Of a DNA stretch of 64,000 bases, positions 11,777 through 25,873 are shown one piece after another. The notes below the pieces were generated by a model. That model did not search any database. It was not told the DNA's origin and was given only the letters and a program-made list of their open reading frames with translations. The first letter of the stretch is position 1. Every line of letters starts with the position of its first letter. The position numbers and the translations under genes were made by a program. This DNA is from Octopus sinensis. Taxonomy: Eukaryota. The stretch is taken from positions 146,692,001-146,756,000 of the forward strand of contig NC_042998.1 in assembly GCF_006345805.1 (NCBI RefSeq), given 5' to 3'.

Positions 11777-13774
11777 AACTTTAATACAGTTTGTGTTTTC
11801 TGACAATGAATTTCTATTTTTAATTCCTATTTTAGAATTAGCAGCAGGAAGTTAATCCATTTGTAGATACAATCATTTTAAACAACCATCTGACTAAGAC
11901 TTCTATATATATAAAAAAAAAAAGATCTAAAGATGATGCAATTTACATTTGTAATTCCTCGAAGAGCTACCCATGTAAAAATGTAGTACTTTGTTTTTAG
12001 TTCCAAGAGAAGCTATACCAATCTTTGATAATTATGTACTACTGTTACTGATGATGATTGTGATGAAAAATAAACTGCTGGTGTTATCATGTTTAAAAGT
12101 GGTTTTAAGGTATTAGAAAAGGTAGTTAGTCATAATATAATATATTTTCATTTGGACTCAGTAAAGCAAAAGGTTATTAATTTCTTTTTTGATATAAAAA
12201 GTGGATCAAGAATTCTTAAATGCTGTTGTCCACAATACATTTGGGAAAATAATTTAACAAACATCTTTTCCCATAGCCCTTGATTACTGGTACAGAGAAA
12301 ACCTCAAGTGACTTTCAAGAGACTTATCACATAAGGACAAATGATATTCTGCTTTTAGACCAGGGTAACAGTTAAACAATATAAGCTTGCCATCATTGAC
12401 AGCCAATTGAAGTTAACTGAAGATGAATATGCTTTTAAATCATTATCATCATTTTGACATCCACTTTTCCATGCTTGCATGGGCAAGATGGAGTTTACTG
12501 AGGCAGATTTTCTATGGCTGGTTGCTGTTCCTGTTGCAAACCCTCACCTATATCCAAGGGAGGTAATATTTCCTCAAGGTCAGATATGATCTTGTAGAAT
12601 ATTGGAAATTAATGACACTATCTGTATGACAGTGACACTCATTCACAACTATCATGTGATGTTAAGACCAGGATACACATACACAAGTTTACTTCAGTTT
12701 CCATCAACCTAATGTACTCACATAGTTTTGGTCAACCCAGGGCTATAGAAGACACTCGCCTAAAGAATCATGCAGTGGGATTGAACCTGAAATCATGTAC
12801 TCGGGGAGTAAAATTCTTAATCATACAGCTACATCTGCAACTCATTTAAAGGCAATATTAACAGCAGTTTGACAATTGGTTTTAAGTTTTTGAAATGTGT
12901 TTTTGTTTTTATTAAGGAAAGAAGTAAAAAGAGTGAACTGTATGAATCAATTTAAAGAAATGAAGTAGATTAGAATCTACCTCAGATGAAGAATAAGAAA
13001 TATTCTAGTTTTCTAATGCTTCGTCTATTAGTGCATTGATAAACCGATAAATAAGTTAAAGGTCATGTATTTAGCTATTTGCTAAAACTTTTTGCCTCTT
13101 GAGAAATATATGTTATTTCCATCAAGACAATTGCTTTCAGTAATGCATTTATCACAATATGTTGTAGGAAAGACTACTATTTTAGATTTTATGGCATTTA
13201 TTATGAGACAGAAAATTATCCATCCATTTAATAATATTTTTGTCAATAAGCAGTGTTTTATTTTAAGAATTTTATATTGGTGAGAGATATAAAATGTACT
13301 AAAAGTTTGATCATCATAGAAAAGCAATAAACATGGAAATTGAGTCTTCTAAGTTAATAAGACTAAATGTAAACATTGAACAAGATCAGTTTTGTTTGAG
13401 CTACAAGTATTTTCTTCTTGGTGTGCTTTAGAACCAAATAATATTTTAGTAAAACAGAAAGAATAAAGATATATTTTATACGTCACTGCATAACTATTTG
13501 TGGTAGCTTCCATGGTTTTTTTGGTTCTTGTTTTTCATGCTGGCATGGAAAATATGGGAGTTGTTCATTTAGTATTTTGTGACTAGATACCCTTCCTGCT
13601 GCCAATCATTTTAGCTGCCTATTACAACACAAAGGGAGTCTATAAAACTGCGATACAAGACTTGGTGGGGGGGAGATGAATTTTAACTCAGAATGTAAAG
13701 AGCTGTAACTAAATACTGCAAGTATTTTATTCAACTCCCTAATAATTCTGTTAAATAAATAAAAATATGACCGA

Positions 13775-14233
13775 GACCTTTGGAAATATGCTGTGCGTGA
13801 GAAGACCCAGCAAGACAAGTGAGACCATAACCTGTGGCCTTTAACAGGGATGTAGCCAGCCTACTTATGCATACCTTTCCTTCTTTGGACACAAAACTCT
13901 GCTTGCGAAGACATGTTGAGGCAAGTGAAATCGAAATCGATCAAAAGAATCAATGGAAATTGTAGTTGTGATACCTGTGCCAGTGGCATGTAAAAAGCAC
14001 CATCTGAACGTGGCCGTTGCCAGCACCGCCTCGACTGGCTTCCGTGCCAGTGGCATGTAAAAGGCACCCACTACACTCACGAAGTGGTTGATGTTAGGAA
14101 GGGCATCCAGCTGTACAAATACTACCAGATCAGACTGGAGCCTGGTGCAGCCTCCTGGTTTCCCAGACCCTGGTCGAACTGTCCAACCCATGCTAGCATG
14201 GAAAACGGACATTAAACGATGATGATGATGATG
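13775..14233 (+). mobile_element. RTE-type LINE 3' end
   Basis: Begins at the ORF end (DRDLWKYAVREKT), then the 3' UTR repeats and a (GAT)n tail. More diverged copies lie at about 10860-11262, 18400-18570, 31020-31290, 57470-57720 and 59370-59580. Confidence 0.8.
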
Positions 14234-14978
14234 ATATATATATATATATATATAGATAGATATAGGTCCTCAGAAAGAAATTGTATTTTGTGTAGGCAGG
14301 GTATGAGGTAGAGAAGCTCACTTCCTGTACATGTGATCTTAGGTTCAGTCCCACTGTACAGCATCTTGGGCAAGTGTCTTCTGCTATAACTCTAGGCCAA
14401 CAATACCTTGTGAATAGATTTGGCAGACAGAAACTGAAAGAAACAGGTCCTCTGTGTGTGCGTGTATGTGTACTTTTATCTTGACCTCACATAATAATTG
14501 TGAATGAGCATCATCATTATATGAGTGATGTCATTCATTCATTATTAAATCTGCCCCACAAATATAAAAACTGGACATTAAGTGGTGATGATGATGATGA
14601 TTAGTAAATAGATTCTTAGCATAAAAAATTGCATTACCTATTCCAGACAAGGGCTGTAGTAAAAAGGAAATCTATAATCTCAATAGAAATTACAATATTT
14701 CAACAAACTTGCTATAAATATATATATTTCTTGAATTTATTTTCTCCACTTATAAACATTTAATTTTCATTTTAACTTCAAAGGCTTTGTTTTTTGCTAA
14801 TTAAAAACAACTTAACAAAAGTAAAATATTAGGTAAATGTTTCTTGAATTAGTTCTATTTGAATATTTTGTTAATTTAATTAGTTTATAAAGTTCACTTC
14901 CTTAAAGCTTTAGAAAGAAATTTTAAGTTCCAAATGTCAGCTTTAAAATGACATAAATTCAAATATAAATATACTTAC

Positions 14979-15190
14979 ATAACCGAATGTAGATGATATA
15001 CTGCATGCACCATCTTGGTTCAGTGTTTATAATACTTCCTCGCATACTAACCCATGCCATAGTTATTTCAACTAAAAGGCAGACGGAAAGAATGACAAGA
15101 TATCCAAATATATGACCTTTTAAGTCTCTCATGCAGACCAAATCAGAAGTAAAGTCGACCATAACAAGTGTTGAGGCCAAGACAATGATC
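14979..15190 (-). CDS. DAGLA: Diacylglycerol lipase (alpha-like) internal coding exon, N-terminal transmembrane region
   Basis: The minus strand reads tttatttcAG|G ATC ATT GTC ... ATT CGG TTA T|GTAAGT. Translation (W)IIVLASTLVMVDFTSDLVCMRDLKGHIFGYLVILSVCLLVEITMAWVSMRGSIINTEPRWCMQYIIYIRL matches the DAGL motif GYL..L..C...E.....SMRG.I..TEPR..MQY..Y.RL as I recall it. Length 212 bp. Confidence 0.9.
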
Positions 15191-16470
15191 CTGAAATAAA
15201 AATAAAAAGAGTGTTATATACTGTATTTGCTTGCAAGGTGGTTGTTGTTAGAAATAAAACTATGAGATTTTTTGGTTCAACTAAACACAGAAGTTAAATG
15301 CTAGCAACTGAAATCAGTAGAACACCAAAAACAAGTCTATGGAAAAAAGGTGAGGGAGAAAAAACTGCAAAAACTCCAATAATACAAATATTGATTTTAT
15401 TTTCATTTATTTTTGCATTTTCTGGAAAGAGTACAACAGCAACAGTTTTGAAAGAACAATGAACCTTGAACAAAATAATTAACTCACATATCTTTAAAAA
15501 TACACACACAACCAAACTAGAAAAGCAGACTTACAAGATACAGTTAAAGATTAGAGGAAATTATAGAAGTGTTCCAGCAAGGACAGAACAACTAGAACAA
15601 CAACAGATGAAATTAACAAAACAACTAAAGACTATAAAGAAATTTTCTTTGTTTTCTTTTAGAAAATAACTCACCATGATTGGAATACAAGTATATTTTG
15701 AGACAGCATGGAACATAATAAAGCCCACCTTTCCTCTTCCAAGTTGATAATCACCATTGACCACACCTCTACTCATGTTCACCATTCCTTTCTTTCCCCT
15801 CTATCTCCATCTCTGACCATCTGCCACTATCCTTCACACCTAGTACCATCTGTGAAGTAATTGGCATCAGGAAGGGCATCCAGCCATAGAAACACTACCA
15901 AAGCAGACATTAGAGCTTGGCATAGTCTTCTGGTTTGTCAGCTCCTGTCAAACCATCCAACCTATGCCAGCATAGAAAACAGATGTTAAACAATGAAGAT
16001 GGTGTTTATAATAATTTTTAGCAGAGGTACAAAACCAGAAAGTATAAATTAAAGAAACAGCTAATTAAATGGTCAACCTCTGTATTCTACAAACATCATA
16101 TGGCAAAGTTAATGCCAAAATATTTCGATTTAGAATATAAGTTTGTCAATTTACTGATTTTGGTGTCTATCATGACAAGAGAAAGATCACACAAACAGTC
16201 TAGATTTTGGATAAAGAATTATAAACAAAGCGCAAACATCTTCCAAGAAAACTTTTTGCAGAACAACAGTATTAAAGATGTCTCAATGATTTTAATTATT
16301 CTTATCAAATAATCAAAGATCATGAAATATAAGAAAGAAAAAACAAAAACAAAAGAGAAATTATAGCTAAATAATATAGACAATTCTAATGAATTAGATA
16401 GCACAAAACAATTAGTGAAACTTTATCTAAAATTATAGTTATTTGATAAATTATAACTCAAGCAAACTAC

Positions 16471-17601
16471 TAGGGGGAGTAAAAAGTTATCTACACTTTT
16501 GACAAAAGTTACTTTATGTTGACTGCACTGACTTCAGTGCTCACATGCTAAAAGGTAGTACTCTTGGGGTTATGTAACTAAAGTTTGACCTTGATTATTC
16601 CAGTTTTCTTTCTTGTGCTACAGAGTAAACATGGCCATTTTGCTGGCATCAAGGAAGAACAAAAGATCAGTGATCTGATTTCTCTGGTCTGAAGGTGTGT
16701 CAGAGGCTGAAATTCATGGCAAGGACAATACAGGGACAGTACTCTACTGCATAGAGGATCAAGTAGTTTAAAAGTGGCTGGACAAGAGTGAAGCATGAAG
16801 AGTGACCAGGATGCCTATCAATCTTCACCACTGACATGAAAATTCAACAAGCTCAAGTGATGGTTCTGGCAAACCAACAAGTGACCATCGATGAAGTGGC
16901 ATGTTCTCTGCAAATAAGTCATGGTTCTGCATACAAAATCATCCATGTCAAGCTTTGCCTCTTAAAGTCTGTGTGAGATGGGTGCCAAGAGAGCTTACCA
17001 AAGTGCGTAAGTGCAATCATGTGGATATATGTCAAAGCTTACTCAACCACTCAATGAAGGTGAAACTTTTAGGGAAAGAATAGTTACAGGACATGAGATC
17101 TGGGCCCATCACATTGAATCCAAATCCAAAAGAGTATAGAGTGGAAACCTGGAATCATCAGCAAAAGAGAAATTCAAGACTCAACATTCTACAGAAAAAG
17201 TGATGATAACCATTTTTTGGGACACAAAACAGCCTATGCTGGAATATTCCCTGATAAAGGGGTCTACGGTCATGAGTGTAGGCAATAGTGAAATATTGGC
17301 TAACAAACTGAAACCAGCAATGTGCACCAAACCCTCAGGTATGTAGTCAAAGTAAGTGTTATTATTGCAATCAAAGCAAGGGTTATTGCTGTATACAGTC
17401 TGGATCTCACTCCTTCCAACTACAACCTCTTTGAATTGCTCAGACAATCTGTATGAGGTATAAGCAAGCTTGTGGATTGCTGGAAGAAGTGCATCAAAAA
17501 GCAAGGAGACTGTAGGAAAAGGATGTAATTGTTCAACCCCTGCTTTTGTTTTAATAAATTACAGAAACAAGAGCAAGTACAAGTTTTGACTTACCCTCAT
17601 A
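16471..17601 (+). mobile_element. Decayed mariner element
   Basis: Remnants KVCVRWVPRELT, IVTG.E.W.HH and KVMITIFW, with degenerate TIRs (TAGGGGGAGTAAAAAGTT ... AAGTTTTGACTTACCCTCATA). Confidence 0.7.
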
Positions 17602-18327
17602 GAAACAAACCCAAAAGGCCTTCTGAAAAACACTAAAAAAAATTTATGATAAAAATGTGTGTGTGTGTTCATTCTTGTTCATGCCCATTTCATCATTAGA
17701 TTAATATATCCCTGAGGTGTTGTTTTACAGCTGGATGTCCTTCCTTATGTTAAAGATAACCGCATGGCTTCAAAGGCACAAAGTCAGTGGTCAAGTTATT
17801 TATAAGTGATGTACCAACAAGTGATGTACCAACAACAACAACAACAGTATGTCATGACTAAGTGAGAGCAGACATAAACAAAAACATTCATGTGTATGCC
17901 TACACATATGCACAATTGCTTCTTTTCAGTTTCATCTACCAAATCCACTCACAGGACTTTGGTCAGCCTAGGAGTATAGCACAAGTTACTTCCCTAAGGT
18001 GGCATGCCATGAAAATTAAACCTCAAACATGACTGAAAAGTGAATTTCTAAGGCATACTTGCACGCACGCACGCATACGTGCACACACACATATGTGCGC
18101 ACACACACACACACACATAGAAATGAGAGAAATAAAGATGAGCAGAAAAGGGGCAATTCCCTTTGGAACATTATTAGAATGAAAATGTTTTAAAACGCAT
18201 TATTACATACAGGTTTCACTACTCGTGGAAGATAGTCAGTGTAATGTCAGTATGCATGAATATTAGAGTACATATACGCTGAGAATTGGATAACAGATGG
18301 ATCAGATACATTGTGTGTGTGTAAGGG

Positions 18328-18358
<31 letters not shown>

Positions 18359-21300
18359 ATTATAGTGGTAATGGTATGTGAAGTATATAGAAAATGTCAG
18401 TTGTGTATAGAAGTTTTTAATGCTGAAAGTGGAAAGTCAAGGGTGACATGGGATGATGAGGTGAAGACAGATCTCATGAGTTGTGACAAGTGGTAACACA
18501 TGGTTCTGGGAGAAGACCCACCCATTAGTGCAAGTATAGCAAAATGGTTGTTAAAATACTGGTGGTGATGATGTTTGGGAGACATAGCATATCTATATTA
18601 GTTTCTTGCTGTTAAGTCTGCTTCCACAGCTCTCTTCATTAACTCCTCTTCTATCACCCACCTGTGTAATGAAAGATAGCTTTTGATCTGTTTGTTTCCA
18701 ATCCTCTTCACCATCACTCTCTCTGTCTTTTGCTCTGTCTTACCTTCTATCATCTTTATTGCTATACCATCATGTCACCCATGTTATTTTTCTTTTCAAT
18801 TCCCTTACTAACAAGCAACAAGTAACTATCACTGTTTCCCTTTCAATATTCCTTTCCTACCCATTTTCTTAATTTTATCTGTCTGCTTTACCCATCTCAC
18901 TCATACTCTTACTTCTTGTTACTCTCTTAGTCACATTTATCTTAGACAGAAAACATGACAACCTCTCTAGTGCTGGTGTCCACTGTATAAAATAGTTAAC
19001 AGATGAATGGAGACAATGGAGGCTAGAGAGGATGTTTTTGAGGACACAACAACCTCTCTAGTACAATGCTATGATAACATAGAAGAAGTGGTTAACAGAT
19101 GAATGGAAAAATCATAGGTAAGAGAGAATGCTCTTGTCTCTTTGAGAACATGGTAACTTCACTGCTGGTGCTATGATAAATTACCTCCAGTATACCTTGT
19201 AAATTAGTTTGAGTTAGGAGGGCATCCTGCTGTAAAATCATGCCAAAATAAACAGGTAGGTAAGGAGTGGTTCCATGATGTGCAGGAGGGGAGTAACTCC
19301 AAATACAAACTTAAATTGTAAAGGCCCATCCAACCCATGTAGTTATAGAATAGAAAGCATACATAAAATGAGGATAATGATATTAAAAATGACTTTGTTT
19401 AATATGCACAAAAACTAAAGTTGCAATGGTTTAATGGGTTTTCCCCCCATTTACTATGCTTTATACTTACATACACATACATGCATTTATGTCATCTTTT
19501 AGCTGTCACTCAAAAGTGAGTATGACTTGGTAGCTTGTAACATACTTTTGCTGATTGTTTTAGGATCTATGTAGTCAAAAGCAGACATAGAGAACTTCTT
19601 GTTAAGTGTTTATTTACACAAAAGAAATTCCTTTCAACTAAAATATTGTCACATCTTTATTTATCTGAAATTTCACTGTCTTAAACAAGGAACTACTATT
19701 TAAATACACAAACATGTTATTGATTATATTTTCATAAGCAGCTGATGTGCATCTGTTGTAGTTTTATTAAAGTATTGTTTCAGTATGTTCACCCATCTAG
19801 ACTAGCCAGGTTTGTTTTTAGCTACTTATAAATGTTTGCCTTGTCTAGTTAAATAAACACAATCTCTGGAAAGAACAGTTGAAATAAGAGTAAAAGCTGA
19901 TTCTGGATTAGAAATTGGCTTATGCTACTATTTAAGTTGGCACAATTTCTCAGTGTCCAGATGGCAATCAATAAAATCAAAAATTAATCTGTAACTGATA
20001 GCTGCTCTGGCTCACAAGTTTTCTGTAAAGAATACAACCACAATCAATTTAGTGTGACTATGTCTGGTGCTACATTCTTATAGATATTTGCCTTTTCTAC
20101 TGAATAAAATAATTTCCTTCTATTCCCCTATTTTCCAACATGTTCATTTCTCTTTTCTTTAATTTATAGCCTTTTCTCTGTGACTATATTTTTATTTTAA
20201 AACATCTTTTCAATATTACAGTTTGTTTGGCTTAAGCTAAACAATGTATTAACTTTATTCTTACAACAAGCAACAAGTTGTCTCATACACAAACAGCTAA
20301 GTTAGTAGCAGTGTTTTAAAGCTCTTGCTGCATATCAATATCCTCACAGAATTCACCATGTCATATTTGTGTATTTTCTTTTTTTTTTCATCTTTATATA
20401 ATTTATATGGTAAATTGGTGAAGAATAGCAGTTGGTTACATTAGAAATGCTGGTTCACAGCATTTCTAATGGAAAGATGACAAGATATTGTATGTCCAAT
20501 TCTCTGCTAAACACATACCACTGATTGTTTAGTTTTCTTGTCAATGCTTACAGCGTTTGTCGATGACATCATCAAAAGATATTCATATGCATGTAAACAT
20601 ACATAAGTGTGTGTGTGTCTCTCTCTCTCTATCAGCATTGCCATTTTCACAGTCACTTTCCATGCTTGCACAGAAGACAAACTATGCATTTCAATTCTAA
20701 TCTAAACAATATGTTGCATGTATTAAACTAGTGATCAGTGACATTAGGTTAAAAATTTGATTGACTCAGAAATACAATACACTTTGGTGAAAGAAGAAAC
20801 AGAAGCTGAAGACCCCAAGGCCAGACATAGGTCCAGAGATGCACTAGTTGATGCATTTGATGGGAAGGAGAAGGGGACAGCATCATGCAACCTATAGTAC
20901 TGAGAGTTTCTAGACGACAACCTTTTGCAAGCAGCAGAGAATATCCATGGCTGAGGCAAGGTTTTGATACGATGCAAGGTGACTATAGAGGTAGAATAAT
21001 GTGATAGATAGAACCATGAAAACCAAGAGACAAGCCTAGAAAGACAGTGGGAAGTAAAGATAAATATTAACTACCAAGAAGAGAAGCTAAATATCAGGTA
21101 TATTTAGTAAAGGGAGAAGCTAAAAGTACAAGGTTCGTTCAGGTTAGATGTTCCAGATTGCAAAGAAATGGAAAAGAGTAAAGACATTGGGGAAAAGTGA
21201 TTCTTTTACATTTTACTTGTTGCAGTCATTGGACTGTGGCCATGTTGGCGCACTGCCTTGAAGAGTTCTCGTTGAATAGATCAATTACAATACTTATTTT

Positions 21301-21552
21301 TTAAATCTGGCACTTAATGTATTGGTCTCTTTTACTGAACCCCAAAGTTACAGGGAGGTAAACAAACCAATACTGGTTATCAAGCAGTGAGGTGGGAGAC
21401 AAACACAAACACACACACAGAAGGGCATCAGTCATAGAAACTATTCCAAAACTGACAGTAGAGCTTGGTGCAGTTCTCTGGCTTGCCTGCTCCTGTCAAA
21501 CCACCAAGCCCATGTCTGCATGGAAAACAGACATTAAATGATATATACATAC

Positions 21553-21619
<67 letters not shown>

Positions 21620-21824
21620 CATCGACCAAATTCACCTACAAAGTATTAGCTGATTTGGGGCTGTAGTAGAAGACATTTGCCCAAGATGCTGCACAGTGGG
21701 AGTGAACCTCATAGCTGCAAAGTGAACTTGTTAACAAGACAGCCATTCCTGTGCCTGCACATCCATGAAATATCATCATACTTGTCTCAAAGATACCGGA
21801 AAAAAAATAAGAGGCAATGAAATA

Positions 21825-23163
21825 CGAGGGGCGTTCAATAAGTAATGCCCCTGACCCACTTCCCATAGCAGTAGAGCAACGAAACTTGGCACAGGTATTA
21901 GTCTTTTTCTACATAGGAACAACTCAGAGGTACGCATTTCTCCCATCGTTTGATGCAGTTCTGGAGACCGTTTTCGTAGAAGACCCCAGCTTGGTCCTCC
22001 AACCACGACGTGACTTCAGAAATCAAGGCTGCATCATCTGGGAAACGCTTTCCTTTCAAAAACAACTTCATGGCTGGGAAGAGGTGAAAATCAGAGGGTG
22101 CAAGGTCAGGAGAGTAGGGGGATGGGGGAAGAGTTCATAGCCGCATGCCTGTGCTTCTGATCTGGCGACACACGAGTTGTGGACTGGAGCGTTGTCCTGC
22201 AGGAGGAGGATGCCTTTGCTGATCTTGCCCCGCCTCTTGGTTTCGATAGTTTCTCTTAATTTCCTCAAAAGTGAAACATGATAGGCTCCTGTAATTGTGG
22301 TACCCTTTGCCAGGAAATCTGTCATCACTACTCCGTCCTGGTCCCAGAAGACTGTGAGCATGACCTTGCCAGCGGAGGGCTGCAGCCTTGCCTTCTTTGG
22401 AGGAGGTGAGTCATGGTGCTTCCACTGCATTGACTGGGCTTTGGTCTCTGGATCATAGTGATGGACCCAGGTCTCATCCTGTGTAATCAGTCTTTTGAAA
22501 AATTTTGACTCATCTTCTTGGCACATCCCTAAATTCTTGCTTCTGGAATTCTTGCGTTCTTGCTTCTGGAATTCTTGCGTTCTTGCTTCTGGAATTCTTG
22601 CGTTCTTGCTTCTGGAAAGGTGTGAGCAACCTGGAAATCCATCTGGCAGACACCTTTTGCATATGCAAATGGTCATGAATGATAAGTTTCCACAGACCCG
22701 GTACTAATCTTGACCTCATGGGCTATTTGGCGAATAGCTATGCATCGATCTTCCAAAATGGCAGCCTCAACTTGACGGACAGATGCCTCATCAATGGCAG
22801 AAGGGGTGCGACCAGATCTGGGAGCTGTTTCCACAGAGTTCCGACCATGTTTGAATTCACGATGCCAGCGTTTTACAAGGTCATATGATGGGGCATCATC
22901 ACCATAAGTTACTTTCATTTCATTAAAAGTCTCCTGTGGTGTGCGTCATTTCAAATACAAAAACCGGATCACTGCTCGACACTCAACATGCTCCATTTCC
23001 CACTTGACTCATTTCAAACACCTGTAAATCAGAAACCACAATTAGTTCGGAGCTGTAATTTGCCACTTAATCTATAGAGATATCAATAATTGCACATGCA
23101 AAATTTCAGCTAGATCAAACAAAGGCAAGTGGGTCAGAGGCATTACTTATTGAACGCCCCTTG
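21825..23163 (-). mobile_element. Full-length mariner element (irritans-like TIRs) with inactivated transposase at about 21898-22996
   Basis: TA|CGAGGGGCGTTCAATAAGTAATGCCCCTGACCCACTT ... AAGTGGGTCAGAGGCATTACTTATTGAACGCCCCTTG|TA. Motifs ITQDETWVHHYDPE, LLQDNAPVH and a frameshifted YSPDLAPSD. It has an early stop codon, frameshifts and an internal tandem repeat. Confidence 0.92.
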
Positions 23164-23756
23164 TACCTTAGCAGTCCCATTTTACACTTAGCTGATTGCT
23201 GACCTTTATTTACCTTTACCTCTAATATTTTCTGCTATTTATAAGGCAGTGAGCTGGCAGAATTGTTAGTACACTAGTCAAAATGCTTAGCAGCATTTCA
23301 TCTGTCTTTACATTCTGAGTTCAAATTCTGCTGAGGTCAACTTTGCCACTCATTCTTTCAAGATCAATAAAAACTCATTTTACGATAAATATAATGAAGC
23401 TTTCTATTTTTTATCTTATATAAAAATCAGAAAGAAAACTTTTCTTCATTGGTTGAATACACTGTCAGGTGAAATAAAGTCCCACATAAACAGTTCTTTT
23501 ATGATTTGAAATCTTTTGTTCCAATGAACATACATTTCATACACACACACACACAAATATTTGTGCATGTATGCGTGTGAATGTGTGTGTATGTATATAT
23601 GTGTGTGTGTGTACATGAATGTATGAGTATACATACATACACACACTAACATAGTCCTGCCAAATATAAAGACGTTTAATTTTACAGATAACTATGACCG
23701 AGACATTGGGTTGTGTGTGTGTGTGTGCGTGTGTATGTGTATATATATATATATAG

Positions 23757-23788
<32 letters not shown>

Positions 23789-24529
23789 TAGTAGTTGATA
23801 ACTGAAGAAAGACTAGGTGAAGGAGGGAGGGAAGGAAACAATTGTTAATGTAAAGGTGCAAAACCAATTAGTATCACAAACTCTCTATTTATCTATGATC
23901 TAATGATTTGTTGTGATGGTATGAGTAACTTTTAAATGATATCAATATGAATCAGAAACAGCTGACCAAGATGGTACCTGCTGTGATATCATATGATTGG
24001 TCGCATAGAATATGGAGATATAGATTTGTCATCCTGTTTGACAAACTCAACGTTATCATCAGCATCATTATTCAACATTCTCCTTCTATGCTGGTAATGG
24101 GCTGGATGATTCAATAGGAACTGGCAATTACTTTACAGAATGTAGTGGGTACTTTTTATATGGCACCAGCAATAGAGGTCACTAAATAACTAGCAAGACA
24201 AGACCCCTCAACTGAGGAAGGTGTAGTATTCAGCAACAGAAAAAGGTGTCTTGTAGTAGAGAAAAAACATGGCTGCCTCAGGTGGAGAGACGATAGAGAT
24301 AGAAAATGGTGAAAATGTGATGGTGATAGAAGTGATGATGGTAGGTGGGGGGGAGGCATACACCCAAGTTATATGTAGGGGTCTATAGTGAAGCAGAAGA
24401 GGGATTAAAGAGGGTGAGTTGGTAGGTAAGTTTATAAAATTGTGAAAGTGGAATGAGAGATGGAGGACATGCACATGCACGTGCGTGCACACACACACAC
24501 ACACACGCACACACAGACACACACATACA

Positions 24530-24922
24530 GAAGCATGGCTGTGTGGTTAAAAGTTTGCTTCTTAACTACATGATTCTGGATTCAGCCCCACTGCATGACA
24601 CCTTGGGCAAATGTATTCTATTATAGCCCTGGGCCAGCCAAAGTCTTGTGAGTAGATAGAAACTGAAAGAAGCCTGTTGTATATATGTGTGGTCCAAACA
24701 TATTTATATAGATGTGTGTGTGTGCATGTTTCTGCCCCATCACCTCTTGAAAACTGGTGTTGGTATGTTTACAGTGCTATAGATTAGTGGTTCGGCAACA
24801 GAGGCTGACAGAATAAGGCTTAAAAAATAAGTACTGGAGTTGATTTGTTTGACTAAACCCATCAAGGCTGGGCCCCAGCATGACCGCAGTTCAATGACTG
24901 AAACAACTAAAACAAGTAAAGA
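24530..24922 (+). mobile_element. tRNA-derived SINE (same family as 258-625, opposite orientation)
   Basis: GCATGGCTGTGTGGTTAA...GGATTCAGCCCC head and CAATGACTGAAACAA tail. Confidence 0.7.
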
Positions 24923-25114
24923 TATATATATATATATGTACATACACACAACCACACACACACACACCACATGCGCATACACATACTGACCATTTTGCAC
25001 TCTCCTGTTCCAGAAAGCATTTTCTCTTCATTCCTACTTCCAGTCACTTACTTCAAAAATGTAACTGCATGTGATTGTTGGCGATTTTTTTCCTCCTTTG
25101 CCTTAGACTTTCCT

Positions 25115-25149
25115 GTTTCTGAAGAAGAGCCATGCTCGAAATGTAAAAC
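25115..25149 (+). ncRNA. Minimal type I hammerhead-ribozyme motif (Penelope pLTR-type)
   Basis: GTTT-CTGAAGA-A-GAGC cat GCTC-GAAA-TG-TA-AAAC: stem I GTTT/AAAC, intact core, stem II GAGC/GCTC and a minimal stem III. Confidence 0.55.
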
Positions 25150-25287
25150 TTCTACTCTTTTCCTTCTGTGAGCATCTTATTAATACATTGCTTGTGCCAT
25201 GTCCAAACATTCGATATTTTTCTTTTCCTCTGAGTTTTTTTTAATTGACTACACACATATATATATATATATATATCAATATCAATA

Positions 25288-25814
25288 TCTATAAATCTGA
25301 AATGCGAAAAGTTTGTTTGTCTGGTTTTGGCATTGGAACAGGTTAAAGGCCACTAGATCCCGTCGGATTGACTCCGAAATTTACAGGGACATGTAAAATG
25401 AGGTGAGGATGTAAGTGGGCTAGGTTAGAAATCCCTATCTTAAAAGGTGTGGTTACTAGGGCAAAAAACGCACACTTTGACAAGTCTTCTCTCATTCTCT
25501 TATCTGCCTGTCTTCCTCCATCTCTCTCTCTTCCCTCCCTTCCTTTCACTTTCTCTCTATAACGTCGTTTGACAGTGTCTACTATCTTTCCCCCGCTGCC
25601 TTCACTCTTTCTTCAACATCCTCTCTCTCTCTCTCTCTATGTCCATCTGCAATCATAGAGAGAATTATTATCGCCACCACCACACAATCATGAGAACAAA
25701 TATTATGAATCAGATATTTATTGGGTTAATTTATATATGTGTGTGTGTGTGTTCTATATATAAATATGTATATATAATGTATATATACAAAGTGTATGTA
25801 TCTGTATTTATATA

Positions 25815-25873
<59 letters not shown>

